DNA of 52,629 nt from Nitrococcus sp. (GCA_030452265.1 JAKDMQ010000001.1:1-52629); one strand, 5' to 3'; shown: positions 10,101-19,849, numbered from the stretch's first letter. Numbers and translations are program-made. The notes: generated by a model not told the origin, from the sequence alone.

Positions 10101-11014
10101 GCATCGGCGTTGTGCCATTCACGTTGGAGAGTCGAAATCCAAATGGATTGCTCAAGGATGCCGATGAAGCCTGCCTTGCCGCCAAACAAGCCGGCGGTAA
10201 CCAGATACACGTGCTCACTCCGGACGACCGCGAGCTCGAAGAGTTGCGCAGCCGCATGGAACGTGCCGCGCAGATCGACAAAGCACTGGAGACGAATCAG
10301 CTACGCCTGCGCTGCCAGCGCATCGAGCCCATAGCCGATGACGCTTCACTGCGCCCCTTCTACGAGATTCTGATCTCAATTCTAGGCCCGGACAAACAGT
10401 TCATCCCACCCCAGGAGTTCATCCCGGCGGCGGAGCGTTTTGGCAGGATGACCGCGGTGGATCGCTGGGTCATTCGCGAAGTGCTGGATTGGTGCGCGCA
10501 AAATCGCGAAGTATTGGCTACCTTGGACGGCTTTACGATCAATCTCAGTGGCCCGACCTTAAACGATGACAGCCTCGCAAGCTACCTGCGGCAGCAATTT
10601 GATCGTACCGGGGTGTCGGGCGAGCTGCTCTGCTTCGAGGTGACCGAGACAGCAGCCGTGCGCAATCTCTCCCGCGCCGCGGACTTGGTCCGCCAAGTCA
10701 AGGACCTCGGTTGCCGCTTCTCGCTGGATGATTTCGGCACGGGCCTTTCCTCCTATGCTTATCTCAAGAACCTCCCGGTTGACTACCTCAAGGTAGATGG
10801 TCAGTTCGTGCGCGATATCAACCGTGACGAGGCCGATCACGCCATGGTTCGCTCCATCAATGAGCTGGGGCATTTTCTGGGCAAACGCACGATTGCAGAA
10901 TTCGTGGAGAACGACACCATTCTCTATCAGCTCAAGGATATCGGGCTCGATTTCGCCCAAGGATTTGGTATTGGACACCCGATGCTGATCGAAGAACTCG
11001 CGCGCCGAATCTAG
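7124..11014 (+). CDS. PilZ - DUF1631 - GGDEF - EAL c-di-GMP signalling protein
   Basis: PilZ RRxxxR plus DFCAGG; DUF1631-like LALVDEREFEDWL; HDPLTG...GGDEF; EAL motifs EIL, INLS, FEVTE, DDFGTG, KVDG, AEFVE, QGF. Confidence 0.88.
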   Translation: MNSERRTYQRHAVFWDATVSGGELASRPVTIRDFCAGGLFLAWQGNTLGSERPSARADQCATVRFAHPLDGLERELTGRIVRESPAGLGFAFSRPHPDLITVFDAIAADHSQAGEQRSSGKRAVSRLAREALQLCREQAEAFFSETIPVFITYAVDRLFDRASNAGSNDEQHAYYSGFRYLRDARANLARQFTDELIRRLNDLTEQIPAHVSKRIPEAVGELALVDEREFEDWLNRSDAINRAEARFALALEAFNRRLSYIVGRRVDELSSPLAPAVVCEILPAVLDLSRFEPQPARTVQALFGQTVMMRLGSLYEGVNTELQARGILPDIEDERAQTRTSNQHEPVAREEADLDPNAPPLEEAAPSSEASLSPPAPTGGSARPHGQPSSLSSAAPSIFTTASPSRRVSVAQELLAARNRLLQRGPSSFATAAKHRPAPGAMFASGEVLEAVDSLHASLEEAAPAADVDASLMEKVMAQLRATGEDAGEKQLAPEAHGTVELLDNWFGALRDDKLNTRFLRDWSGRLAIVALRAQLESGAFLSEDPQPIHDLLNQLDRSGVALAVLRGTEQERLQHSVEQLLQRALTESRAQPEVVREIADEIAALIERPLATRAVNMQKVLQQCEGTQKLERAKRRVDEEIDKRLAERMVPKLLVDFLEQGWRNLLVLVNLRSGVDSDPWHRGLAVLDRLLAGLGSATARARPIAEPGKVVGYIEQQLSAFGRYTTEMQPIVAEIRDYLLAVSELGRASRPLALVNAQRSNADEIARTAQIKPYWLGQAKLLSVGDWVFFAGKDGTPEPLRLQWISEDRSRFVFVNRCGIKAKDISLADLAQLLEATSAGLAEDMDRPLTERQWQKKFQDLHEELVRFATHDPLTGSLNRKALQKELEKLPNGLEARSQWHALFYFALDGFKVINSTLGHEAGDELLQQVASQLRECVEGRGCIARMGGDEFALLVKHCSAIEARMLAEKQRLALYGRRFSRDGESLAVSASIGVVPFTLESRNPNGLLKDADEACLAAKQAGGNQIHVLTPDDRELEELRSRMERAAQIDKALETNQLRLRCQRIEPIADDASLRPFYEILISILGPDKQFIPPQEFIPAAERFGRMTAVDRWVIREVLDWCAQNREVLATLDGFTINLSGPTLNDDSLASYLRQQFDRTGVSGELLCFEVTETAAVRNLSRAADLVRQVKDLGCRFSLDDFGTGLSSYAYLKNLPVDYLKVDGQFVRDINRDEADHAMVRSINELGHFLGKRTIAEFVENDTILYQLKDIGLDFAQGFGIGHPMLIEELARRI

Positions 11015-11022
11015 CCGCGAGC

Positions 11023-11066
11023 GCCTGTTCACATTCACGGCTGTCGTCTGGTAAAAAGCAACAGGC
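11023..11066. repeat. Copy of the (C)TGTTGACATTCA palindrome family; may act as a bidirectional terminator
   Basis: GCCTGTT-CACATTCACGG...AACAGGC between convergent genes. Confidence 0.5.
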
Positions 11067-11124
11067 CCAAATCCGCGCCACCAGCGATTAGGTGCGCGGC
11101 GAGATCGAGATCGCTTGGGGTCTT

Positions 11125-11529
11125 TTAGGCTGGCTCGGCCGCTTCGCTTGGGGCCTCGAAGACTACGGAGTGCTCCTGGCGATCGAGGATAAGGAAGTCA
11201 GATAAATCATTCCCGGTGGCAAGCTTGTGCGCGATCTCGCGTAGCCGCGTTTGGATCGTTGCCTCCGGCGCCTCATCCATGCAGCCAAGCAGCAAGAACT
11301 CCCAGCGCTCGTCCAGATGATCCGCCTCGGCGACGAGCGCATTGAAGCTCAGCGTCTCCAGTAGGCGCTGATGTGTCATCATCAGTGGTTGAAGGCTCAT
11401 TGCCCGGCTATGCTCAGCGTTTTCGCTCTGCTGCACATACAAGAAAGCCAGTAACAGTCGCTGCGGCCCCGTGCGCGCACGCCCGCCCTGAATGAATTGC
11501 TGGAAGCCACCCTTCATACTCTCAAGCAT
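11125..11529 (-). CDS. Conserved hypothetical protein (PQRLL..F family)
   Basis: GPQRLLLAF, LQPLM, LSFNALVAEAD, WEFLL and FLILDR resemble a small proteobacterial family of unknown function. RBS GGGGAG. Confidence 0.6.
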   Translation of the reverse strand: MLESMKGGFQQFIQGGRARTGPQRLLLAFLYVQQSENAEHSRAMSLQPLMMTHQRLLETLSFNALVAEADHLDERWEFLLLGCMDEAPEATIQTRLREIAHKLATGNDLSDFLILDRQEHSVVFEAPSEAAEPA

Positions 11530-11749
11530 AGCCGCTCCCCGGTGCGTTGCAAACACGCTTGCCCCCTTAAAGGCCGAGCAGCTTGGCCCTATATCTATAG
11601 TAAGGTTAAGGTGGCCAACGCGGAGCAACAGCCTGCCGATGGTTGAGCATGGGCCGGAGACGCGGTAAGGTTTGACCCGGCCATTGGTGGCAACCGGTAC
11701 GCAATTACTTTGCGCGCTCGGGGGTGATTGGTCAATGAGGTATTACAGA

Positions 11750-12382
11750 ATGGGCCGTACGATAGAAGATTGCTTGGATGTGAATAACTTGCCACCCGCA
11801 GCGCGCCAAGAGGACATCCAAGCCCGGCCGGGTTACCAGGAGTTGTGGCCACGCGGTGTGCGCCGCCCCATCGTAGGTTTCGCGGCGTGGCGCTGTACGG
11901 GCAAGACGACGCTGCTAAGGCGGATCATACCGCACCTGCGCGAGCGCGGAGTGCGCATGGCCGCTATCAAACATGCCCATCATGGTTTTGAAATCGATAT
12001 TCCAGGCAAGGACAGCTATGAGATTCGCCATGCCGGCGTCGGCCAGGTGTTGGTAACTTCGGCCCGCCGGCGGGCGCTGATCATGGAGCGCCCGATCGAC
12101 TATGATCCGTGCTTGGAAGAAGAGATCAAATTGCTCGATCAGGACAGCATCGATCTTATCCTGGTCGAGGGATTTCGCCATGAACGCCTGCCAAAAATCG
12201 AGCTGCGCCGTCAGCGCGAAGAGCCGAGGGCGCCGCTGGCACCAGAAGATCCCTGCATCGTAGCCATTGCGACGGATATGGACGATATCCCGGACCAAGG
12301 GCTGCCCGTGTTCGATTTGAACGACATCGAGCCGATCGTGGAGTTTATTCTGAGCAAGATTATGGGGCGTCCGTGCGCATGA
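11750..12382 (+). CDS. mobB: Molybdopterin-guanine dinucleotide biosynthesis protein B
   Basis: GFAAW..TGKTTL, IKHAHHGFEIDIPGKDS, DLILVEGF and AIATD motifs. Confidence 0.9.
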   Translation: MGRTIEDCLDVNNLPPAARQEDIQARPGYQELWPRGVRRPIVGFAAWRCTGKTTLLRRIIPHLRERGVRMAAIKHAHHGFEIDIPGKDSYEIRHAGVGQVLVTSARRRALIMERPIDYDPCLEEEIKLLDQDSIDLILVEGFRHERLPKIELRRQREEPRAPLAPEDPCIVAIATDMDDIPDQGLPVFDLNDIEPIVEFILSKIMGRPCA

Positions 12383-12557
12383 GAAATCCCTCGCGCGTTC
12401 CGGGTGACTCAACTTAGGGCTGACCGCCAGCGCGCGGAACAAACCCGGGTTGCTTCTCCCTGCCTCAACTCTTGCCACCCGTGCGCCGTGAGTCCATTCG
12501 GGCCACTGATCTGGTCGCGCTTTGCTGCAACCTCTTGCTGAGGCAGCGTGGAGTCAT

Positions 12558-12767
12558 ATGAGCAACGCGGATTATGAAATCTTGCGCCGGGTGGTGGAGG
12601 CAGTACGCGAGCGCTGCATCGAGGAGGCAACCAGGGCTTTCGAGGAAGGGGGAATGAGCGGCCTGTGCGTAGAAGGCCGATGGGATTTGGCAATGGATCG
12701 CCTGCGCAGTCTCGACCTAGAGTCTATGGTCCGGGCGGCGTTGCTCGAGAAGCCGCCGAGTGCTTGA
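12558..12767 (+). CDS. Small conserved hypothetical protein (GMSGLCxEGRW motif)
   Basis: EAVRERC...FEEGGMSGLCVEGRWDLAM...LDL. RBS GGAG. Confidence 0.65.
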   Translation: MSNADYEILRRVVEAVRERCIEEATRAFEEGGMSGLCVEGRWDLAMDRLRSLDLESMVRAALLEKPPSA

Positions 12768-12833
12768 GAAGAATCGCCCTTGGTGCGCAAAGCGGGCCTT
12801 CTTCTCGTAAGGAAACGCTGATCCTTCTATTTT

Positions 12834-12907
12834 TCGTCATTCCGGCGAAGGCCGGGATCCTATAGTAAAGTCAACAAGATGGACACTGGCCTTCGCCGGT
12901 GTGACGA
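12834..12907. repeat. CGTC-type palindromic repeat pair (dRS3/RPE-like)
   Basis: TCGTCATTCCGGCGAAGGCCGGGATCC ... GGACACTGGCCTTCGCCGGTGTGACGA inverted pair between convergent genes. Confidence 0.75.
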
Positions 12908-12923
12908 GTAAATCAGCGCTTCC

Positions 12924-14504
12924 TCAATGCTCTCGAGTCTTATGGAAGCGGATTTCCGGCCAACGCTCAACGGTGAGATCAAGATTGACCCGTGATGGGG
13001 CGAGATAGGCAAGCTCCCCAGAGACATCGAGCGCCAGATGGGTCCGGTTGCGCTCCTTGAACGCCTCCATGCGTTTCGGATCATCGCAGCTTACCCAGCG
13101 CGCGGTAACGACGTTGGCGGGTTCAAACCGGCAATCGACTCCATATTCATGCTCGAGCCGAAAAGCCACGACATCGAACTGCAACACTCCCAGGGCGCCG
13201 ACGACGAGCTCATTGCCTGCAAGTGGTCGAAAGAGCTGGGAGGCGCCCTCCTCGCATAGCTGAGCGAGTCCCTTCTGCAGGGCTTTCATGCGCATCGGAT
13301 TCTGTAGCAACGCCAGGCGAAACAGCTCGGGGGCGAAATTGGGAATTCCGGTGAACTTCAGCTCCTCACCTTCGGTGAGCGTATCGCCGACCTGGATGGT
13401 GCCGTGGTTGAACAGTCCGAGAATATCGCCCGGATATGCCTCCTGCGCGTGCTCTCGCTCGGCGGCCATGAAGGTGATGGCGTTAGCGATGCGCAGCTCC
13501 TTGTCGATACGCAGGTGACGCAGCTTCATGCCCTTGCGGTAAACCCCCGAGCAAACTCGCAGGAAAGCAATTCGGTCCCGATGATTTGGGTCCATGTTGG
13601 CCTGGATCTTGAACACAAACCCAGACAGCGTCGATTCCTCACTTCTCACCAGACGGGTGGTCGTCTCCCGCGGCTGTGGCGGCGGTGCGTGCTCGATAAA
13701 GCTCTCCAGCAGCTCTCGAATGCCAAAGCTGCTAATCGCGGATCCGAAGAAGACCGGTGTCTGCTCCCCGCGCCGATAGGAATCGACATCGAAGCCATGG
13801 CTCGCCTCGCGCAACAGCTCTACTTCTTCTCGCAGTTGCTTGGCTCGTGGCCCTAGCCGCTCCTCGAGCCGCGGATTGCTCAGTCCCTTGATAACCTCTT
13901 CTTCCTTGCTCGATCCAATATGTGCGCCAGGCGAGAGCCGGACCTGATCGAGCAGCAGATGGTATACGCCCCGGAAAGACTTGCCCATGCCGATCGGCCA
14001 GGTGATCGGCGCGCAACGGATCTTTAGCACTTCTTCCACCTCGTCCATAAGTGACATCGGATCCCGGCCTTCGCGGTCGAGCTTATTCATGAACGTCATG
14101 ATCGGGGTGGCGCGCAACCGACAGACCTCCATCAATTTGATCGTGCGCTCTTCTACCCCCTTGGCGCTATCGATGACCATGAGCGAAGAGTCGACCGCCG
14201 TTAACGTGCGATAGGTATCCTCCGAGAAATCCGCGTGGCCCGGGGTATCCAAGAGATTGACAATGCGCCCTTTATATGAGAATTGCATCACGGAAGAGGT
14301 CACCGAGATGCCGCGCTGCTTCTCCAGCTCTAGCCAGTCAGAGGTCGCATGGCGGGCGGCCTTACGGCCCTTGACCGTCCCGGCGAGCTGAATCGCACCC
14401 CCGTAGAGCAGCAGCTTCTCGGTCACGGTGGTCTTGCCGGCATCCGGATGTGAGATAATGGCGAAAGTGCGCCGGCGCGCTATTTGGGTGCTAAGGTCAC
14501 TCAT
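12924..14504 (-). CDS. prfC: Peptide chain release factor 3
   Basis: [26 protein letters not shown] and [14 protein letters not shown] motifs. Confidence 0.97.
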   Translation of the reverse strand: MSDLSTQIARRRTFAIISHPDAGKTTVTEKLLLYGGAIQLAGTVKGRKAARHATSDWLELEKQRGISVTSSVMQFSYKGRIVNLLDTPGHADFSEDTYRTLTAVDSSLMVIDSAKGVEERTIKLMEVCRLRATPIMTFMNKLDREGRDPMSLMDEVEEVLKIRCAPITWPIGMGKSFRGVYHLLLDQVRLSPGAHIGSSKEEEVIKGLSNPRLEERLGPRAKQLREEVELLREASHGFDVDSYRRGEQTPVFFGSAISSFGIRELLESFIEHAPPPQPRETTTRLVRSEESTLSGFVFKIQANMDPNHRDRIAFLRVCSGVYRKGMKLRHLRIDKELRIANAITFMAAEREHAQEAYPGDILGLFNHGTIQVGDTLTEGEELKFTGIPNFAPELFRLALLQNPMRMKALQKGLAQLCEEGASQLFRPLAGNELVVGALGVLQFDVVAFRLEHEYGVDCRFEPANVVTARWVSCDDPKRMEAFKERNRTHLALDVSGELAYLAPSRVNLDLTVERWPEIRFHKTREH

Positions 14505-14741
14505 ATCGTCGCTGTAGGTGTACTAGTCTATTTCGTGAGACTGGGGGGTGGAGGCTGCGATTATACAAGAACCCCCTACGAGACAAAGATCCCTCAGAGG
14601 TGCTACGCTCGCGCGCTCTCGAGCCGCAGTGAGCTGCCGGCGAGAGGGCTGCTGAAAATCGGCCAACGTCGCGGCGCAGTTTGCTACTCTTGCACGCTGA
14701 CACGGCCGGCAGGCTGGATCATACGTATGTAGGTTACTGAC

Positions 14742-15215
14742 ATGGGTCAACAGGACCGGCGTCCGTTTTGGGAGCGCAAGCGGCTTACGCAGATGAGCCG
14801 CGATGAGTGGGAAGCGCTCTGCGACGGGTGCGGCAAGTGTTGTCTACACAAGCTGGAAGACGAAAGCAGCGGGCGCATTGTCTACACCAAAGTAGCCTGT
14901 CGATTGCTCGACGCCCATACCTGCCGATGCAGTCATTATCTGGAGCGCCAGCGGCATGTAACGGACTGCGTGGCGCTGACGCCGCGACGCATCCGGGAGC
15001 TCAGTTGGCTGCCGAGTAGCTGCGCTTACCGGCGGCTGGCCGAGGGGCGCGGTCTTGCCTGGTGGCATCCGCTGGTTTCCGGGGATCCTGAAACCGTACA
15101 TCGTGCGGGAGTGTCAGCCCGCGGGGCGGTGCCGGAATCGGCTGTTGACTTGAGTGCGCTGGAGGATTACATGGCACAGGGTCCGGAGCCGGATAGCGAT
15201 TGCGCGGGCGACTGA
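14742..15215 (+). CDS. ycgN: YcgN-family cysteine cluster protein
   Basis: [33 protein letters not shown] and WHPLVSG motifs. Confidence 0.9.
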   Translation: MGQQDRRPFWERKRLTQMSRDEWEALCDGCGKCCLHKLEDESSGRIVYTKVACRLLDAHTCRCSHYLERQRHVTDCVALTPRRIRELSWLPSSCAYRRLAEGRGLAWWHPLVSGDPETVHRAGVSARGAVPESAVDLSALEDYMAQGPEPDSDCAGD

Positions 15216-15312
15216 GCAACCGGGATCTGATTCGCTGTCCAGCAAGCATTAACTGGAGTCCAGAGCCCATCGCTCGGGTGCGCTACAGCTCCAGAACAAA
15301 CAATCGGTAACG

Positions 15313-15362
15313 GGGTCTGTCGACATTCATCCACGGCGTCGCGGTTGAATGTCGATAGACCC
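15313..15362. repeat. Palindromic element upstream of fabA
   Basis: GGGTCTGTCGACATTCA ... TGAATGTCGATAGACCC; the loop contains CACGGCGTC. Confidence 0.8.
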
Positions 15363-15393
15363 TAAAGGGGGGCGCGGGCGCGCCAGGGCTCAC

Positions 15394-15915
15394 ATGACAG
15401 GCAAACCAAGCTACTGCTACGAAGATTTGTTGGATTGCGGCTACGGCAGACTGTTCGGACCCGGTAATCCGCAACTACCCATTCCCAATATGCTCATGTT
15501 TGATCGAATCACCACGATCAACTCGGCAAACGGGCAGTTTGCGAAGGGCTACGCCGAAGCGCAGCTCGATGTTCACCCGGGACTGTGGTTTTTCGAATGT
15601 CATTTTCCCGGTGACCCGGTGATGCCCGGCTGTCTAGGGCTTGACGCCCTGTGGCAGCTACTGGGGTTCTATCTAGGCTGGGTCGGTGGGACCGGTAGAG
15701 GACGCGCCCTCGGCTGTGGCGAGGTCAAGTTCATGGGGCAGATCCTGCCGCATAACCAGCTCGTGAGCTACTGTCTCGACATCAAGCGTGTCATCGGCCG
15801 CAGGCGGCTTACCATTGGGCTTGCTGACGGGCGCGTGATTGCCGATGATCAGACTATTTACCGAGCGACGGAGCTCAAAGTGGGGCTCTTCGACGACCCC
15901 ACGGACGCGATGTAG
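15394..15915 (+). CDS. fabA: 3-hydroxydecanoyl-ACP dehydratase/isomerase
   Basis: [35 protein letters not shown] and GRALG motifs. Confidence 0.96.
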   Translation: MTGKPSYCYEDLLDCGYGRLFGPGNPQLPIPNMLMFDRITTINSANGQFAKGYAEAQLDVHPGLWFFECHFPGDPVMPGCLGLDALWQLLGFYLGWVGGTGRGRALGCGEVKFMGQILPHNQLVSYCLDIKRVIGRRRLTIGLADGRVIADDQTIYRATELKVGLFDDPTDAM

Positions 15916-15920
15916 CTAGA

Positions 15921-15966
15921 GCCTTGTTGACATTCACTCACGGCGTCCTGGGGGAATGTCAACTGG
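15921..15966. repeat. Palindromic element between fabA and fabB
   Basis: GTTGACATTC ... GAATGTCAAC; the loop contains CACGGCGTC. Confidence 0.8.
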
Positions 15967-16011
15967 TTTGATCTCAACAACCTACGCTAGAGCAGAGCGA
16001 GGATAATCACA

Positions 16012-17229
16012 GTGCGGCGAGTGGTAATTACCGGTATCGGTATCGTCTCCTGCCTTGGCAATGACAAGGAGACCGTCACCGGGGCGCTGCGTAACGGTCG
16101 CTCCGGGATTCGGTACCGCGAGGAATACGCTGAGCTGGGCTTGCGCAGCCGCGTGGCAGGTGTCGTCGAGTTGGATACGAGTGCCCTCATTCCGCGTAAG
16201 GCGCAGCGCTTCATGGCCGATGCCGGGGCGTATGCTTACATCGCCATGGAACGCGCCATTGCCGATGCGGCTCTGAGCGACTCCCAGGTCTCCCATCCAC
16301 GCACGGGCCTGATTGCCGGCTCGGGCAGCGGATCGACCTCGAGCTTGGTCGAGGCAGCCGATACGCTGCGCTCCCGTGGCGTTCGCAAGATCGGCGCCTT
16401 TGGCGTGCCCAAGATAATGAGTAGCACGGTCTCCGCCGCACTCGCAACGCCGTTTCGCATTCTCGGGCTGAACTATTCGATCACCTCCGCGTGCGCCACC
16501 AGCGCGCACTGCATCGGCAATGCGATGGAACAGATCCAGCTTGGGCGTCAGGATGTTATGTTCGCCGGTGGTGCCGAGGAGGAGCATTGGTCCATGACCA
16601 TGCTCTTCGATGCCATGGGGGCATTGTCGATGAAGTATAACGATACCCCGGAGAGGGCCTCACGCCCATATGACGCGGCAAGGGATGGTTTCGTCATCGC
16701 CGGCGGCGCGGGGATCTTAGTGCTCGAGGAGCTGGAGCATGCCATCACTCGCGGAGCACGCATCTATGCGGAACTGGCGGGTTACGGCGCGAGCTCGGAC
16801 GGGCACGATATGGTGGCGCCTTCCGGTGAGGGGGCGGTGCGCTGCATGCGTGAAGCAATAGCAAGCATCGAGTGCGCGGTGGATTACGTCAACGCGCATG
16901 GGACGAGCACCCCTAGCGGCGATATCATCGAGCTCAAGGCCATAGCCGAGGTCTTCGGTGAGCGCATGCCAGCGGTGAGCTCGACCAAGTCCTTAACAGG
17001 CCATTCGTTGGGCGCGGCGGGAGCACAGGAGGCGATCTATTCACTGCTGATGCTCGAGCACGACTTCATTGCCGCATCGGCCAATATCGAGGTGCTCGAT
17101 GCCGAGGCACAGGGAATGCCCGTCGTGCGTGAACGCCAGGATGGCGCGGGCCTCAATGCCGTGATGTCCAACAGCTTCGGTTTTGGCGGCACCAATGCCA
17201 GTTTGGTTTTCCGGCGCTTGAGGGGGTAG
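16012..17229 (+). CDS. fabB: Beta-ketoacyl-ACP synthase I
   Basis: [24 protein letters not shown] and [10 protein letters not shown] motifs; follows fabA. Confidence 0.96.
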   Translation: MRRVVITGIGIVSCLGNDKETVTGALRNGRSGIRYREEYAELGLRSRVAGVVELDTSALIPRKAQRFMADAGAYAYIAMERAIADAALSDSQVSHPRTGLIAGSGSGSTSSLVEAADTLRSRGVRKIGAFGVPKIMSSTVSAALATPFRILGLNYSITSACATSAHCIGNAMEQIQLGRQDVMFAGGAEEEHWSMTMLFDAMGALSMKYNDTPERASRPYDAARDGFVIAGGAGILVLEELEHAITRGARIYAELAGYGASSDGHDMVAPSGEGAVRCMREAIASIECAVDYVNAHGTSTPSGDIIELKAIAEVFGERMPAVSSTKSLTGHSLGAAGAQEAIYSLLMLEHDFIAASANIEVLDAEAQGMPVVRERQDGAGLNAVMSNSFGFGGTNASLVFRRLRG

Positions 17230-17239
17230 CTGGTAGCGC

Positions 17240-18073
17240 TTAACGCAATAGCCATGGGCCTTTGGCTGAATCGGAGCCACTCCCCGACAGCTCCATCTGC
17301 TGCCTGAGGCGCTCGAGCGATGTCACCCAGGGATCGTCAGAAAACAGCTTGTACTTGATTCGGGCTAGCCAGGGTCCCTCCGGTCTCGCCTGACAGCGCT
17401 CGCAGCCAAGATCCGGCCCCAAGCCCTCGGCCGCGGCAACCTCTATATGGAGCGCGTTCGCCCGTGCGGCGCATCCTAGGCAGAGCGTTCGATTCCCACA
17501 ATCACGTTCTTCACCATTTTTTGCATGGCCCCATATCGTAGCTGCCGCGCCGGTCCAGAGCTCATCGGTCGGGGCAATGCGGCCCATCGACGCCGCACAC
17601 ATTTCGCAGCGATCCTGCGCCGGCATGGCAAACTCGAACGGCACCTCCATCAATTGCTCGCCATCCGCTGTGACGGCTTCGATTGCCCAGCCCAGCCAGT
17701 CCTTGGCATCCCCCCCTGTGCTCATGAGCTGGCGTGCCGTCTCGATCGCGACGCGGCGGACGGTGGTCATATCGAAAAAGGGTAGGAGCATCCCGCTCTC
17801 ATCAGAGCGCCGGCGCTGCTCGGTGCCGCCAACATAGGCGACGGCGTGCCAGAACACCCGTATTCCAGGCGCCCCTGCAACGCATACGGGACAGGTCGGG
17901 TCACGCTCGTGCTCGAGCTTCTCCTCCTCCTCGGCGCAGAGGCTGCATTGCATCCGATAGCAGCAATCGCGAGCGAAGTCATGCACCCAGGCTCGCCCAC
18001 AGCTCTCGTACTCGTCGGGCTCGATCTCAACACCACAGCTCCCGCATCTCATGGTCATTGTTTGATCGATCAT
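17240..18073 (-). CDS. Hypothetical multi-zinc-finger protein with a central DUF6894-like segment
   Basis: CxxC motifs CGSC, CSLC, CPVC, CEMC, CLGC and CERC. Central DESG.LLP..D....RR.A...AR.L......W..W.IE....DG..L..VPF. RBS GGAGG. Confidence 0.6.
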   Translation of the reverse strand: MIDQTMTMRCGSCGVEIEPDEYESCGRAWVHDFARDCCYRMQCSLCAEEEEKLEHERDPTCPVCVAGAPGIRVFWHAVAYVGGTEQRRRSDESGMLLPFFDMTTVRRVAIETARQLMSTGGDAKDWLGWAIEAVTADGEQLMEVPFEFAMPAQDRCEMCAASMGRIAPTDELWTGAAATIWGHAKNGEERDCGNRTLCLGCAARANALHIEVAAAEGLGPDLGCERCQARPEGPWLARIKYKLFSDDPWVTSLERLRQQMELSGSGSDSAKGPWLLR

Positions 18074-18155
18074 TGCAGCCTCCTACCCGGTGGAACCACT
18101 GCCGTAAGCGAGGGAATCACTAGTCATGCTTGGATACGCCAAGCGTGTCAAACGC

Positions 18156-18737
18156 TTAGGAGCGTTGCGCCTGCCATTTTTCGTAATCGGCCTGCAGCGA
18201 TTGCCACAAATTGCCGGCAAAGCGCGCCACCGCCAACGAACCGCCCGCGCGTTGTGGTGCCGCAAGTACATAGCGCTTGCTGAATCCCTCGATGCTCGTG
18301 TCGTCCTGCCCCATGGCTTGGCCAACCGTCGATAGCACGCTGAGATGGCACACCTGATCCAGCTTGTATTCCCCGGACCATCCGGCCGGTTTGAGCTGCT
18401 CTACGACCGTAGCCATTTCCCGCTCGATTGCCGATACCCGCTCAGTGTCGAGCACGAGCACTGGGCGATTGCGGATGACGGATATCAGGCCGTAGGCAAT
18501 ATCCCCGAAGCGGGGCTTGTCGGCCAAGGCTTCGGTGGATAATCCTTTGGCCTGCAGCGCGGCGATATCCAAATCCTTGCCCGGATTGGCGTAGCTATGG
18601 AAGGTGCGCCCGGTGGGATGGTCATCGTGCAGTTCAACGCAGCCGATCTCAACGACCCGGCCCGTGGCCGGATCATTTCCCACAACGACCGCCTCTAGCG
18701 ACAAGTAAGTGTTCATCTCGTCATGATCGTGGCTCAT
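18156..18737 (-). CDS. DnaQ/epsilon-like DEDDh exonuclease paralogue, catalytically degenerate
   Basis: RVVEIGCVEL....TGRTFHSY.NP and LADKPRF match epsilon. ExoI D>S, and the ExoII HNxxFD and ExoIII HxAxxD motifs are lost. RBS GGAGGAGG. Confidence 0.8.
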   Translation of the reverse strand: MSHDHDEMNTYLSLEAVVVGNDPATGRVVEIGCVELHDDHPTGRTFHSYANPGKDLDIAALQAKGLSTEALADKPRFGDIAYGLISVIRNRPVLVLDTERVSAIEREMATVVEQLKPAGWSGEYKLDQVCHLSVLSTVGQAMGQDDTSIEGFSKRYVLAAPQRAGGSLAVARFAGNLWQSLQADYEKWQAQRS

Positions 18738-19054
18738 GATTGCCTCCTCCAACGCGAATTTTGTTCCGAGTTGATCGCATGTCCCTTAGTTTTTCGATAC
18801 TGGCCTGCCCGCCGCGGTTCGGTTTGGCAGGGTATCATTACCCAGCGACATGGCCGAATTGAATTGTCTGTAGCAGGTTGAAGCGGACCGAGCGGCCGGA
18901 GCTAACCCTCTGAGATGCTCAAGCCCCGGTGCCGCGAGCAGTTGGCAAACGCTCTAATGCACTCACAAGCAACATTGGTGCTCGGTGGGTTCCTATCAAC
19001 CGCCCTATTATACACGGGCGAGCTTGTCGCAAGTCTTGCGCGCGGGACAACCCG

Positions 19055-19849
19055 CTAAGGTGGGCAGGCGGGCGGCTGCGCATGTTGGAAACGATCGAGG
19101 GCCGGGGCCATGTGGGATTGAAGATTCTGGATCCGGGTATCGTGTGCCGGGTGGGTTGAGAGGAACTCGAGCGGCTGCGCGCCACCTGAGCGGGCCATAT
19201 TGCGCCATAGCGCCACGCTCTGTGACGGTGGGAACCCGGCGGCCGCCATCATCTGCAAACCCATGAGATCCGCCTCCTCCTCGTGCGCGCGGCTGAACGG
19301 CAAGGTGATTCCCAGTCTGGCCCCGACGCCGATCGCCTGCAGGATTTGCTGGTTGTCGATGTCGCCGAGGAGCCCGACCAACAGCAGCACGGCCTTGATG
19401 CCGAGCTGTTGGGTTAGGCGTTCGTTGCCGTGGTTGGCCAGCAGGTGACCGACTTCGTGGCCGATCACCGCCGCGAGCTGGGCCGGGTTGTCCGCCAGGC
19501 GAAGCATGCCGGTGTGGACGCCGATATGGCCCCCAGGCAGGGCGAAGGCATTCGGGGTCGGGTTCTGAAAGACCGCCACGTCCCAGGTTTTAGGCATCTT
19601 GGCCTCGGGATAGAGCCGTGCCGCCGCCTTGATGATCTCGCGCGCGACACAACGCACGCGCTCGTTGATTGCTGGCTCGGTCACGACGCGCTGACTCTGG
19701 CGCATCTGGGCAAACGTTTGCCGACCTATGTCGGTCATGATGTAATCCGGCACCAGGGTCAACTGGTGGCGTCCGGTGGGGGTTTGATCGCAGCCAACCA
19801 GGGCCGGCAGTATTAACAGTAAAAGCACTTGTGGCTTCATTTTGTCCAT
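19055..19849 (-). CDS. M48 family metallopeptidase lipoprotein (LoiP/YggG-like)
   Basis: Lipobox LVGC, PNAFALPGG, HEVGH, EEEAD and FLSTHP motifs. Confidence 0.9.
   Translation of the reverse strand: MDKMKPQVLLLLILPALVGCDQTPTGRHQLTLVPDYIMTDIGRQTFAQMRQSQRVVTEPAINERVRCVAREIIKAAARLYPEAKMPKTWDVAVFQNPTPNAFALPGGHIGVHTGMLRLADNPAQLAAVIGHEVGHLLANHGNERLTQQLGIKAVLLLVGLLGDIDNQQILQAIGVGARLGITLPFSRAHEEEADLMGLQMMAAAGFPPSQSVALWRNMARSGGAQPLEFLSTHPAHDTRIQNLQSHMAPALDRFQHAQPPACPP

Noticed and set aside
15313-15966. Palindromes at fabA/fabB as FabR or DesT operators
   Set aside because: They do not match those operators as I recall them, and related copies occur at unrelated loci; kept instead as a repeat family.
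18975-18995. Minus-strand ...CCGAGCACCA resembling a tRNA 3' end or att site
   Set aside because: No TTCRA T-loop upstream and no duplicated copy found at the other island border.
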